Source: Eledone cirrhosa
Taxonomy: Eukaryota
NCBI GenBank assembly: GCA_964016885.1
Contig: OZ024743.1
Coordinates: 67,580,001 to 67,644,000, forward strand
DNA: 64,000 bases
Reading direction: 5' to 3'
Shown here: piece by piece, positions 1 to 16,551 of the stretch
Position numbering within the stretch: position 1 is the stretch's first letter
Layout: each line of letters opens with the position of its first letter
Made by a program: the position numbers and the translations under genes
Notes under the pieces: model-generated
What the model saw: the letters and a program-made list of their open reading frames with translations, nothing else
Told to the model about the DNA's origin: nothing
Databases searched by the model: none

Positions 1-457
1 TACGAGGGTAGATTCGAACTTTATCTGTCTATTTCTATAGCAGAAATCGGCTGTGTTTTGATTTGGAGAAGGATGGCATTCATTAGGTTTAAAATGTCCC
101 AGACATTACGGATTAGCTACGACTCAATTATGTACGTTAAACACATCTGTATGAAGCGATGCACACATATACGCAGATGTTTGTGCTTTAAACTGTCTCA
201 CTCATAAAAAAAAAACATCCATAGAAGCTTCCAGACATACTCCATACATACACAGATACAAGCACACGCACACAAACTTATATCCATAAAATAAAAAGAG
301 ACATATAACTTCATATATAAGCGTATAAATAACTTAGATAAGAATACAATAAAAATTGTAACTGATACAGGAGAAGCCGGATAGAGAAATGAACGCACTC
401 ACACAAAACATTTATATATATATTTATATATATGTATAGAGAGAGAAAGGCTTTCAA

Positions 458-497
<40 letters not shown>

Positions 498-607
498 TTA
501 TTTATTTGTTTATTTATTTATATATTTATTTATTGCACAGATTAAAGTTTAAGCAAAGAATCGCTGCTTTCGCCCTTTTACGGGGTATGTATGCATATAT
601 ATATATA

Positions 608-661
<54 letters not shown>

Positions 662-1197
662 CGCACACGCAGTCATACATATATATTCACACATATATAT
701 ATATGAGTTTGTGGTTGTATATATATGTAAATATATGTACGTTTACTTTTTGCAACTTAGCAATTCAACAAAATGAGATCGAAAACTTTTCGATAACTTT
801 TAGTACGAAACCATTAATAGAATAAAAGTAAAAATGATATGCATCCACGCATACACGCATGCATGCACGCATACACGCATACATACACGCATACTCGCAT
901 GCATGCACGCACATACGCAGGCTCGCTCATACGAATATACGCATACGTGCAAATACCTTGACACGCACAAACTCGTCCACACACGGACGTTTCGGCTATC
1001 AAAGATTGGCAATAGTCTCCATTATTTCTCAATTATTAGAGCAGTCAGCCGGCATATCATAGATATGAGGTTCGATTCCTTGTAGAGAATGGTGACCAAA
1101 TTTTTTCCGACAATATTTGTATTTCAGCCGATATTCGAGGGTTTTATAGCAACTAAAACTGTACCTACAGTTATTTACAAATTCTGAGGTACCTAAA

Positions 1198-1965
<768 letters not shown>

Positions 1966-2338
1966 GTGTACAATGTTTTAGCTTGTGTAATATTTAAGTA
2001 TGTGTACATGTTAAAACATACAATTAAGTCAATTTGTTCCCAAGACATTGAAACTGTACAATGGATGACAAGAGTTGTACATACAGTTGCATTCACTTTA
2101 TGCGGTACATTCAAATATTTAGTAAATGTCAAAGTTGAAGAAGGAACCAGTTTGTTATTTGATAGGGCAATTGTGTATAGTAATCTTTTTACAGAAGCAT
2201 TCCCGGATATAGTTCCTGAAGGATGTCGAATTCTATACTTTTATACATACACGCATACGTGCCTACTGACATATATACATCTATTCATATGTAGTTATAT
2301 GTATGTATATATAGGTCTATTTATCTCTCTCTTTTTCT

Positions 2339-2443
<105 letters not shown>

Positions 2444-3550
2444 TATATATATATATATGTAAATATATTATATTGTAATATATTGTAGAGTAGATAATGA
2501 GGTGTATAAGTGGAGATGTTGTGTGGCAGACAGAGGGAAATACGTGTACGTAAGAAGTTAGACAGATCTATAGACAGTAACAGACTTCCATATATACTGT
2601 TGGTATATATTGATAATGTTCTACGTGCAGCCTTATCATACATGATATAGGCCTGAGAAAATACAGACATTCTTTGAAGGCGCGTGTCTTGGTGTTTAGG
2701 GTGTTTCTCTCTTCTTCTGCTTCTTCTTTGCACATTTATTCATGAGAGGGTAGTAACTCCCCATGGAAATGTATGGCCGCTATATTGACATATTGCGTGT
2801 CTTGGGTATTTACAGCCTGGGGGCACTGTTGCCAGGCCTGAGTACAGCAGATTTCTTCCAAGGAAGGATAGAAAGTGAGAGACAGGAAGTTAGAAAGTGA
2901 TATAGATGAAGAAATGACCTCAGTTTTAGACTGGTACTCTTTTTTATCGACCTCGGAAACATTGACCTCACCGAGATTTTAACTCAGAGATCAGAGAACT
3001 GGAACGAATACTGCAAAGAATTATTTCCGACGTTCTAATGACCCTGTCAATTCTCCACCCAATGATATAAACATGTTCTATAAATCCTATATAGATGCAC
3101 TGTAATGTATTTATCCTTACTCACAGACTTAATGTTCGCATATAAACTATATTTTATTAAAAGTAAAACGAAGAAAGACCAGTAAGTATAAATTTAAAAA
3201 GTAAGTTTTATTAATATAAATCTATTTTCTATTATGTGTAAGTATGTATGTACACGTACACACATATATACAGTAGTATGTATATATATACATACATGCA
3301 CACATATATATATGTACGTATGGGTTTGCCGAACATTTATTATAATATTCGGTTTGTTTGTAAACAAACAACCCGAATTACGCCGTACAGTGTTCAGGTA
3401 ACTAAACTAAGAGTGAGAAATGAAATTTCGTTTCATTCTTTTCCATTTATTTTCTATTAACTATACAGAAAACCTGCAGAGTTTTGTACCTGTATCTTAA
3501 CGTGATGATGATGATCGTTACTAATTATAATGAAGATAAAAATAATAATG

Positions 3551-3760
3551 GTTTCTTATATAGGCACAAGGCCAGCAATTTTGGGGGAGGGGAAAGTCGA
3601 TTAAATCGACCCCGGTGCGTGAATGGTACTTTATTTCATCGACCACTTAAGGATGAGAGGCAAAGTTAACATCGGCAGGATTTCAACTCGGATCATAAGG
3701 ACCGTAACTCTATACTGCAAAGAATGGTGTCCAACTCTCTACCATTACTGCCAATCCACT
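3551..3760 (-). mobile_element. tRNA-derived SINE (octopus-type family)
   Basis: Shares GGCACAAGGCCAGCAA...TGGTACTTTATTT..TCGACC...GAAAGGCAAAGTTAAC...GGATTT(G)AACTC with other copies; reverse strand has A/B-box-like head. Confidence 0.85.
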
Positions 3761-3769
3761 AACCTAATA

Positions 3770-3950
3770 ATTGTTTCTACTATAGGCACAAGGCCAGCAA
3801 TTAACCCAGTGTATTATTGGTACTTAATTTTATCGACCCTGTAAGAATGAAAGGCAAAGTTAACCTCTGTGGGATTTGAACTCAGCCCATAAAGGCAATA
3901 AATCTTTGCTGAAAAGCATGGCGTCCGACCCTCTACCGATACTGCCAATC
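3770..3950 (-). mobile_element. tRNA-derived SINE, tandem to the previous copy
   Basis: Same family motifs; B-box-like GAGTTCAAATCC on the minus strand. Confidence 0.85.
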
Positions 3951-4717
3951 TATGTTTAGAATCCCGAGCAACGCCGGGCCATTCTGCTAGTCATAACTAT
4001 AATAAAATGAGGAGTGCGGGACTGCGTCCCGAATATATTTTGTTTATCCCGTTAGTAAAATAACTTATATTACTTTGAATAAATAATGAATGAATATTAC
4101 ATAATTTATCTACAATTTGGTAGCTATTGATTAAACATAAATATTATTATATATAATGATTGTTTATTTTAAGACTCACTTCTTTTAACATTTTCAAATG
4201 TCTACACTTCCGGATAGCATTCGTTATGTCATAACACTTATTACATCGCTTATATAAACATCCATATATTTGCATGGTTATATAAGGTTTCATTACATTT
4301 CACCGGAACGCAGTTTATATATATCGTCTTTTTTAAATGCATCATGGATTACTTTACTGATTACAAAAGAGAGGTTAACACAGTCGTCTCTCTTTAATTT
4401 CTGTGCATATTGTCAATTACGATTTTATTTGATGTATCATATCTACATGCATGTATATTCGCATATAATATAAATATGCACACCACACATGCTAGCAGAA
4501 AACCACCCGAAAGGCGGTTTTTCTGCTAGTACTTATAAAAGTTATTGATTATTTCAAATAATAAAATATGTATTACGAATGTTCATGATATTCAAGCATC
4601 TCATACCCCGTATAAACGAATGATCATAAAGTGCATTAGAGCATCTTTCTCTACCACACACATAAATGAGATATAGCTGAAATAAATGTCGTATCATTCA
4701 GCCAGAGACTAATCATG

Positions 4718-4933
4718 CTTTCTTATATAGGCACAAGGCCAGCAATTTTTGGGGAAGGGAAAGTCGATTAAATCGACCCCAGTGCGTGACAGGTACTTTA
4801 TTTTATCGACTCCGTAATGATGAAAGGAAAAGTTAACCTCGGCGGGATTTGAACTCGGATCATATAGGGCCGCAACTCTATGCTGCAAAGCATAGCGTCC
4901 GACCCTCTACCGATACTGTCAATCCACCGCCCT
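4718..4933 (-). mobile_element. tRNA-derived SINE
   Basis: Same family; head GGCGGTGGATTGACAGTATCGGTAGAG on the minus strand. Confidence 0.85.
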
Positions 4934-5199
4934 ATTTTATTGGACTACTTTATTTATTGGCCAAAGGACTATATAAAAAAAGGGAGAGTATGTATTTATA
5001 TAAAACGCTTAACAAAGAAACACGGCCACGGGTAATTTAGGATCCCTAGAGATCTGACGACACCAGAAATATGACAAAGGAACCCTCAAGCCTAAAATAA
5101 ATCAGTAATAAATAAAACAAAAACATAATTGCGAAAAGCAGACAAGAGAAAAATACTTGAAAATTACAAAATAATGGTAAACGAACTTCTCGTGAGGAA

Positions 5200-5680
5200 A
5201 TGACGTCTGAAAGAAGAGATCCTCGTTAAAGAACAAAGAATCATTCAATTTTAAAATCACTGTCGATTCGATGAACAAAAGAAACATTTTCACTCTGAAC
5301 CAAAGCGATTTTACCAACATCTTGATGAATACAAATTAGAAATTCATATAGCACCTACAATAAAGACGTACAGGATTTATTTTGTGTGTGTATGTGGGGG
5401 CGAGGTTGCAGCTAAGGAATTCCTACGAATAAAATATATTAATAATTTAACATGGCTCTGAATATGGGAGGCCAAACTTACAGCAGATGTTAATCACACA
5501 CTGGAAATAGTCACAATAGGAAGATACGGGAAAATGAAAAGAGTCCCACATTTTTGTTTGGAATATAAAGCAGGGAGACATAGATAGGTTTAATGTGATG
5601 TTAACAGAACCAGAGAAAAACCAGGCTGGCCATACTTGGTGAAAACCATCTAATTGACCAAGACCAAACGTACAGCACCA
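5200..5680 (+). pseudogene. Highly decayed R4/Dong-like LINE fragment (region N-terminal to RT)
   Basis: Translates to ...HFHSEPKRFYQHLDEYKLEIHIAPT... and RFNVMLTEPEK..., resembling the equivalent part of the 61030-64000 element. Confidence 0.4.
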
Positions 5681-5865
5681 CCAATACCACCAGCAGCACC
5701 AGCACCACCACCACCACCGCAACCACCACGACCATTACCGCAAACACCACAACTACAACCACTATTTCCGCCAACACCACCTCCATCAACAATAACAACA
5801 CCACCACCAGCACCACGACAACCATCGCCTCCTCCTATATCAACTACAACACCATCCCCACCATC

Positions 5866-5896
<31 letters not shown>

Positions 5897-7935
5897 CCAA
5901 CACCACCACCAACACCAACAATACCACGACCACCATCACCCCCTCCAATATCAACTCCAACACCAACTCTACAGACACCACTACCTCCAACACAAACAAT
6001 ACCACCAACAAAGACACCAACACCAATACGACCACCACCAATACCACCAATAACACCACCACCACCACTACCAACAACAGAGCCACCACCAATACCACCA
6101 GCAAAAACACCACCACGAACAATACGACCTCCACCAATACCACCATCACCAACACCACCACCGCCACCACCAACACCACCAATACCACCACCATCAACAC
6201 CACCACCATAAATACCACCACCACCAATACCACCACCACCAATAGCACCACCAACAGCACCGCCACCACCAATACCATCAACAGCAACACCGCCACCACC
6301 AATACCGCCACCAACACCACCACCACCAACACCACCACCACCACCGGCAACACCACCACCACCAACACTACCACCACCAATACCACCACCACTAACAACA
6401 ATACCACCACCGGCAACACCACCACCACCACCAATACAAACACCACCAATACCACCAATACCAAAAACAACAACACCACCACCAACAACACCGCCACCAC
6501 CAATACAAACACCAACAATACCACCAACATCAATACCACCACCACCAACACCACCAACACCACCACCGCCAATACCTTCACCACCAACACTACCTCCAAC
6601 AACACCGCCACTACCAATACCAACACCCCCACCAATACCACCACCGCCACCAATACCACCAACAACACCACCACCACCACCACCACCACCACCACCAATA
6701 CCACCAACAACACCACCAACAACACCACCAATAGCACAAATACCACCAATAGCACCAATACCACCAACTACAACACCACCACAAACAATACCACCACCAC
6801 CTTTACTACCACCACCAATACCACCAACAACATCACCACCACCAACGCCACCACCACCAATACTACCAACAACACCACCACCACCACCAATACCACCAAC
6901 GACACCACCAACACCAACACCATCACCACCAATACCACCACCACCAATGCCACCAACAACACCGCCACCACCACTACCAACAACACCGCCGCCACCTATA
7001 CCACCAGCAACAACACCACCACAAACAACACCACCACCACCAATACCAACCACCAACAATAACACCCCACCAATACCACCACCGCCAATACCACCACCAC
7101 CAACACCACCACCACCAATACCACCACCACCAATACCACCAACAATAACACCACCAATACCACCACCACCAATACCACCAACGACTCCACCACCACCACC
7201 ACCAATACCACCACCAATACCACCACCACCAATACCACCACCACCAACACCACCTCCACCAACACCACCACCACCAATACCACCAACAACACCACCACCA
7301 CCACCACCAATACCACCACCATCAACACCACCATCACCAATACCACCACCACCAACACCACCACCACCAATACCACCACCACCAACACCACCACCACCAC
7401 CAATACCACCACCACCAATACCACCAACGACTCCACCACCACCACCACCAATATCACCAGTACCAATACCACCACCACCAATACCACCACCACCAATACC
7501 ACCAAAACCAATACCACCACCACCACCACCACCACCACCACCACCACCAACACCATCATCACCATCATCACCATCACCACCACCACCAACACCACCACCA
7601 CCGCCACCACCAACACCACCACCACCACCACTACCATCACCAACACCATCACCAACACCACCACCAACAACAAAACCCCCACCACACCACCGCCGCCACC
7701 ACCGCCACCAATACCACCAACAACATCATCATCTTGATCCCAATAGTCCTCATTAGCTAGATCACAGAACAACCAATGCGACCGTCGTCATCATTAGATC
7801 ATCATCATCATCACCACCATTATTATCGCCACCATCACCATCACCACGATGTACATCACCATTACAACAACCAACACCACCATCATTGATACCATCAACA
7901 CCATCATCATAACAATCAGTATCATTATCACCATT
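5672..7935. repeat. Cryptic (ACC/AAC/ATACC) low-complexity array
   Basis: About 2.2 kb of degenerate CCA trinucleotides grading into (CAT)n; open in several frames on both strands. Confidence 0.9.
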
Positions 7936-7938
7936 ATA

Positions 7939-8012
7939 TTCTTCTTCTTCTTCTTCTTCTTCTTCTTCTTCTTCTTCTTCTTCTTCTTCTTCTTCTTCTT
8001 CTTCTTCTTCTT
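7939..8012. repeat. (TTC)n microsatellite
   Basis: Perfect TTC run. Confidence 0.95.
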
Positions 8013-8339
8013 CCCCCCCCCCCCCTCCTCCGTGTTAAGTATTACATTAACACCTCACCTGATATCTTATAATTTCAAAAAATGTTTGAATCGTTGTCAT
8101 ATCAACTTCGTCTTGCTCTACGATTATGCATTTCACACACACACACACACTCACACACGCATACACACACATACATCCACACACACACATACACAGCCAC
8201 ACTCCCACACACACACACACACACTCATCTCCTACACACACTCATTCACACTCACCCACAGACACATTCATACTCACACATACACATCGATAAATTATAT
8301 ACATCTATAAGCCTATTAATATTTTGTCTACATCGTTCT

Positions 8340-10450
<2,111 letters not shown>

Positions 10451-10765
10451 ATATCACATTTATTCTTCAATATTCTCTACGTATGACGACAAATAATTAC
10501 TTTTCCTAAAACAGCCATTACTACACTTTGTTTCATTTATGTTTTTGTTGTTGTTATTAATGTTAATCTTGTTGTTCTTAATGTTGACTTGGTTTTTATT
10601 AATGCTGTTGTCTTTGTAAATGTTGTTATTGTTGCTGCTGCCGCTTCTGCTGCGGCTCTTATGTTGTTACTGTTGCTGTTGCTGCTGTTCTAACGTTGTT
10701 ACAGTTGCTGTTGTTGTTGTCAATGCTGTTGTCTTTGTTAATGTTATTATTACTGCTGTAGTTAA

Positions 10766-10978
10766 GGGGGGTAGATTGGCAGTATCGGTAGAGCGTCGGA
10801 CACCATGCTTTGCTGCAGAGAGTTATGACCCTTTACGTTTATGAGTTCAAATCCCACCGAGGTTAACTTTGCTTTTCATCCCCACGGGGTCGATAGAATA
10901 AAAGACCAGTCACACAGCGGGGTCGATTATATCCACTTACCCCCACCCCACCCCCAAATTGTGCCTATAAAAAGCCAA
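10766..10978 (+). mobile_element. tRNA-derived SINE with target-site duplication
   Basis: A-box-like TGGCAGTATCGGTAG and B-box-like GAGTTCAAATCC; TSD TATTACTGCTGTAG at 10748-10761 and 10979-10992; sits in a (GTT)-rich tract. Confidence 0.9.
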
Positions 10979-11684
10979 TATTACTGCTGTAGCTAATGTT
11001 ATATTGCTGCAGTTGTTAATGCTGTTACAGTTGCTGCTGTTGTTCATGCTGTTAATGTTGTTATTGTTGTTGTAGCTAATGTTATGTTACTGCTGCTCTT
11101 AATTCTGTTACAGTTGCTGCTATTGGTAATTCTGTTGTTACTGTTGATGTCGATGATGATGTCTTTAATAGTTGTCTTTGGTGTTAATGTTGTTGAAGTT
11201 GGTGTTGTTAGTGTTGTTAAAGTTGTTGTCTTTGTTGTTAATGTTGTTGTTGTTATGGAGTTTATTAGCACTGTTAATATTCGTGCTGTTGCTGATGTTG
11301 TCGTGGTGCTCTTTGTTCGATATTTATTTGTTCATTGCTTCACGAATTTCTCATCGGTTTATTATCAATGTCAGGTCATATTTAATTTGATTATAATTTC
11401 TAAGAAGCCACAGTGAAAGGCTTTTGCATATTCGAAATCAAATACAAAAATGGAGGCTGCCTTTGTCTTTTGATTTCATTTATTTCGTTAAAGTGCTCAA
11501 AACACGTGCGTTAGAAATCTGCATAGACTATTAGAATTGTCTGCTTGTGAACTGGTTTATTTGTTCATACAGAAAGATTTCAAGCGTTCATGTTACTCAA
11601 CTGCACGAAATCTTTAAGTATGAGAGAATATTACGGTTTTCCCCAAAACAGACATGTATTTCTTCATAGCTAAAATATATAAAT

Positions 11685-11960
11685 GGACACGCGTGGCTTA
11701 CTGGTAAGGGTGTTGGACTTACGATCATAATTTCGTAGGGTCGATTCCTGTGCTTTTTGGGGTTTGTGTTTTTGAGCAAAGCACTTCATTTCACGTTGCT
11801 CCAGTATACTCTGCAGAAAATGAATACCAGCTTAGTTGGGGGTTTAACCTTGCGATGGACTAGCATCCAGTCCAGGAGGATTTCTTGTACTCTCAGTCTC
11901 ACGCCATGAAACTGGGATAAGTACCTGTATAACGAGATTTCTGGCCTCGGACAGAATTTT
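11685..11960 (+). mobile_element. tRNA SINE with CORE-like and V-domain-like central region
   Basis: Head CGTGGCTTACTGGTAAG...GGTCGATTCC; CORE-like TTGAGCAAAGCACTTCATTTCACGTTGCTCCAGT; V-like CTTGCGATGGACTAGCATCCAGTCCAGG. Confidence 0.7.
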
Positions 11961-13151
11961 AATATATAGCTATGTATCATCTATTCCTCTCATCCTCTCT
12001 CATTCTCTCTTACTATTTCTTCATCTCTCTCCTCATTTTACCTATTTTTACACTAGTATGTTTTATTATATTTTATAATCTTTTTATTTTTCGTGAGGTT
12101 ATTAAATAATAAATATAGATAGAGCCTTTTCCTTCTGGAGTAGAACCTTTTTAACAGATGATTTTCTAATATGTGTGAAGGGCTAGTGACCTAGGGTGAC
12201 AGATCCTATTGTTGAATAATATTATGTAATTAGGAAAAGATTATGGCCTAGTCACAAGAAAAATACGTGTAATAAAAATAGGCATATAGTAAACTTATAG
12301 CTCTTCTGGTTTTATACTCTGTGATCATACGTGATACCAGGTAGAAGCCATCCGTTGTTCATAAACGTAAGAACAAAAAACTAGTCAACATTACTTCACC
12401 TCGGAATCAAATTATTGCACTGAATTGTGGACGTCAATTACGCTTGCATTAACTACAATGCAGTAAACCTATACACATATATCCATACAAACACACACAC
12501 ACACACATAATTACACACACACACCTATTATATTTACATCTTCCTTTGTGATCCTGTCTTTCATTTAGTACTCCAGAAGAAGGGCTAAAGACCGACACGA
12601 CGAACTTTCATTCCCATTTTCCATGTCTGTTGTTTATTTGAACTATATATATATAGTTAAAAGAATAGAGGTGTAACACACAAGTTATTATATATTGGTA
12701 AACGGAATAGAAAATGCTGACAAATTGTTCACAGTTGAAAAATGGTTTAATTAGGAATAAAAGAGTATTAGTAATTGTATGGGTTAGTATTCAGTTGTGG
12801 TTTTAAGTTTTTAAGTTTTTATCGGTTGCGCATTTCTAAATGCTTTTCAAAAATAATTTTGAGACAGAGTGTCCGTGCTGTTTGCTCTGATCTGATTAGT
12901 TTTGGGAATTCTACCTGTTTTTATGTTAAAAAAGTGGCTCCAGCGCTACTTTGTTGTTGCAAAAATTCTTGTGGTCAAAACAATTTTGATTGGTCGGTAG
13001 AGGTCATGTGAATGTAAAAAATTGATTTTGCGCCAAGATTGAGAAATGACCCTTTCACAACAAATATGTGTGTGTGTGTGTGTAGTAGTAGTAAGGTGTT
13101 CGATGTTGTGATAATGGTTAGCAGGGTTGTGTGTCAATTGGCTATTAAGAT

Positions 13152-13154
<3 letters not shown>

Positions 13155-13230
<76 letters not shown>

Positions 13231-13247
13231 CGTGTGTGCGTGCGTGC

Positions 13248-13328
<81 letters not shown>

Positions 13329-13515
13329 GCAGAGTAATTCGTGGTAGCAGGGATGGTCAGCTGTAAGCAATGGGGGGTATTTTAGCATGTCAAAAGATAT
13401 TTTTCAGCTTTTGTCTTATACGGAGAAGTGCGTGTGTGTGTGTGTGTATAAGTCTCTTTGTATATTAATGTACGCGTGTGTATGTGTGTGTGTATACATG
13501 TGTGTGTGTGTGTGT

Positions 13516-13586
<71 letters not shown>

Positions 13587-13605
13587 TGTGTGTGTGTGTG
13601 TGTGG
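13155..13605. repeat. (GT)n microsatellites
   Basis: Two long GT runs. Confidence 0.95.
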
Positions 13606-14444
13606 GTGGACCAGTATTTTTTCCCCCTGGTAAAATGGTGTACATTATTCGATTTTTAACATAAAAATAGTCTTGACGCAAAATCAATTTTGCTGGGGAA
13701 GTTGTGAATTCAGACAAAGTCTATGTATATATATATACCAATTCATAAGCTAGCATAAACAGACCTAGACTTCAATTTCTAGCCATCAATAGCACTTCAA
13801 CATTGGACCCCAAAGTATGGAAACTATACTAAAGAGACTATAAAAACGGTAGTATTTCACCGTCACAGACGTACCTGATATTCCTATTGCTGTACGTTAT
13901 ACCATATAATGCATGTCTTAGTTTGCAGTGTGTTGAGCATCGGTGAGGGCGAGGGGAAAAAAGAAAATCATATGACCAAAAAATGTATCTTCACATCAAA
14001 TTATAGAGTGATAAAACATTTGTGCCATACAGGAGCCATTCAATAAACGACTCAAACATTTAAACTCGCAACTGATGTCAACAACACACCATGGTCACTC
14101 ACTACAAACAGGTTCCATTTGTATGTATACATTTACCGTAATTTCAAGGTTCATACCTATGGATTAGGTGGGAGAAATCGATACATTTTGGTCACCAACG
14201 CTGAATGATTACATATATATTTTCCTGTTTAACTATATTGCTTATTTTCGTCTATCATTATAGTAGGGCTTTGATGGAACATCATTAAAAACCCACCCGT
14301 GTCATATCACTGAATGGATATAACGCAACAGCTGTCTGATGAGTTCCTAACAGTTCACATCACAGCTAATATTAAAATACGTATAACGTCGATTGTGTAA
14401 CATATAATAGATGTAATTCTAGCCTACTCACTTCTACGTCATAG

Positions 14445-14534
<90 letters not shown>

Positions 14535-14562
14535 GTATGTATGTATGTATGCATGTATGTAC

Positions 14563-15372
14563 GACATTAACTACGAGAGTTAGTTAAAGGAAAAGGCCCG
14601 CCACATATACCAAAGAAGAGGTATAAAGATTCCTTGAAAGCCTCTTTGAAAGACGCTAACATCTCTGCTGATACATGAGAAAATATTCCTGCTGATCGTA
14701 ATAAATGGAGAAAGACTGTATATGAGGAAAAAGTTGCCTTTGAGGCATCTCGAATCGTATACGAGAAAGTAAAGCGGGATGTGAGGAAGGGCATTGCTTT
14801 GCACTTCCAGACGGAGAGGGTCCTTCTATGGTGCTGACATGCAGCGTCTGTGCGAGACTCTGCCTAAGCAAAGCTGGACTCGAAAGTTATCTTCGCAGTC
14901 ATAAAGTAAGACCAGTGGTGACTACCAGGCTGCTGTTGGAGATGCTACTCATCATGCTTGCCAAGCATGTGGTAGAGAATGTAAATCAGCAGGAGGGCTC
15001 AAACGACAGGCAAAAGTACATGAACTCCAAACACAGCCGGCTATTCCCACTGAATGTTTTGGTTGCCGACTCTGTGCAAGACATTTTAGATCATTGGCTG
15101 GGCTAAAAAGCCACATTCGATCGCAGGGCTGTTAGTTGCTATCTTGTGTGTGTGTGTATAGATATGTTTATGTGTGTGCGTGTGTGTTTATGTGTATATA
15201 TATATATATGTATATAATTATTGTTGTTGTTGCCGTTATTATTATTGTTGTTATTATTATTATTATTGTTATTAATATATATGTATATGTGTATATGTAT
15301 ATATGAAAAAAAAAAATTTTTTTTTTTTTCTCGTGTAATGGCCATACTCGATAACGAGGGGGCAGCCATCAT
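14563..15372 (+). mobile_element. 5'-truncated RTE(BovB-like) LINE 3' end with C2H2 zinc fingers
   Basis: PKKRYKDSLKASLKDANISADT*ENIPADRNKWRKTV (RTE C-terminus), then three CxxC-12-HxxxH-like motifs; tail GGCAGCCATCATG(TATG)n; frameshifts and stops present. Confidence 0.8.
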
Positions 15373-15429
15373 GCATGTATGTATATATACATATTAGCTA
15401 AGGACGAACTGTTAGAATCGTCCTGTGAG

Positions 15430-15600
15430 GAAGAGCCGTGCCTGAATTAGGAACTTAGCATACATCTCTACCAAGAAGCCCAGATATACCATGTGATAGG
15501 TGTTTAACTTTCCCTCTTGTCTAATATACGTCGTCGATATTTCACTTCTATATAACACTGTGATGAGAAAGCAGGCTGACTGAAACATCAATTTCTTATT
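15430..15600 (-). mobile_element. Old RTE-like RT C-terminal fragment
   Basis: ACFLITVLYRSEISTTYIRQEGKLNTYH resembles RTE ...STLLYGSETWT...LN.FH. Confidence 0.4.
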
Positions 15601-16380
15601 CACTAGTTATTATCTTCAGCCTTATTTTCTGTAACATAGTTTACAATTGATGGCATAGTTTTGTATATCCATTGTATTAATGGTGAATAACAACTGTAAG
15701 AATTATATGCTTTAAGAGGTAAGAGAGCCTGACAACAAGAGAAAAATCGTATAAGATAAGGTGACAGTAATGTACGTAAATAAATACTTCTTACTCGATG
15801 AACAAGCCGCATTTAGTATATAGACTTATTCCTCGGGGATAAATAAGGAGGAAACGTCCTCTCCCAAAACCCTAACTAAAACAACACACAATAGACAAGA
15901 AAGAAAATAAATAGCGAGTAGGAATGTAATATATAAGAGTCGTGTTATATAATTAGCCAAATAAATCGTCAAATAAATTGCTAAACCGCTGACTGATATA
16001 ATTAGAAATGGTTACGGAGAATCAGATTAGAAAATTTAATTAAAAAGCAAAAGAAAAATCGGGTGAGGAAATGAAGGTTAGGAAGCCAGGAAGATGAGGA
16101 AGAAAGATCTATAATTGTAAAGTATTGCTGGTTTCATAGAATAAATCAGACAAGTGAACAGTTGTTAAGTATGATGTCTTACAATGGAAACTAACGTTAC
16201 GAAAACAATATAAATCGTAAGGAAATACACTTACACAACTGGGTATAACACATCCAGAGAACCTTACATCATTTATTTATCTTATTTTCTGTCCCTCTAT
16301 CTCTCTCTATATATAAAGATTTCCATTTGTCTATCTGTCTCTGTATTTCGCCATGTCAGGGTATGTAATATATCATTTTA

Positions 16381-16443
16381 TTTTATCTGATGAGGATGTA
16401 CTGTTGAACTTAATTCAGTTCCTCTGAAATATGTATAATAAAA
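16381..16443 (+). ncRNA. Type I hammerhead ribozyme-like motif in a PLE terminal remnant
   Basis: TTTTAT-CTGATGA-GGA..TCC-TCT-GAAA-TATG-TA-TAATAAAA; (TA)n follows shortly after. Confidence 0.55.
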
Positions 16444-16485
16444 TTTAATTGATCACAAGAATATCTATTTTGTTAATATTTGAAT

Positions 16486-16551
<66 letters not shown>

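Larger units (their letters stand above)
3236..3990 (+). mobile_element. Non-autonomous Helitron-like element interrupted by two SINEs
   Basis: 3' end hairpin CCCGAGCAACGCCGGG, then CCATTCTG-CTAG|T at 3987-3991. The 3236-3460 segment recurs inverted at about 51290-51545 and 58735-58985. That both parts belong to one element is inferred. Confidence 0.5.

Noticed and set aside
5650-7772. Pro-rich extensin-like and Gly-rich structural-protein-like ORFs
   Set aside because: Degenerate CCA array open in most frames on both strands; no signal peptide or unique domain; frames shift arbitrarily
10766-10860. tRNA gene calls at SINE heads
   Set aside because: A/B boxes are present but there is no full cloverleaf; each is followed by the SINE body, often with TSDs
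14259-14385. CTGATGA at 14336 as an HHR, or an Ig-like pseudo-exon (VISLNGYNATAV**VPN)
   Set aside because: No stem II plus GAAA downstream; the peptide similarity is too short and interrupted by stops
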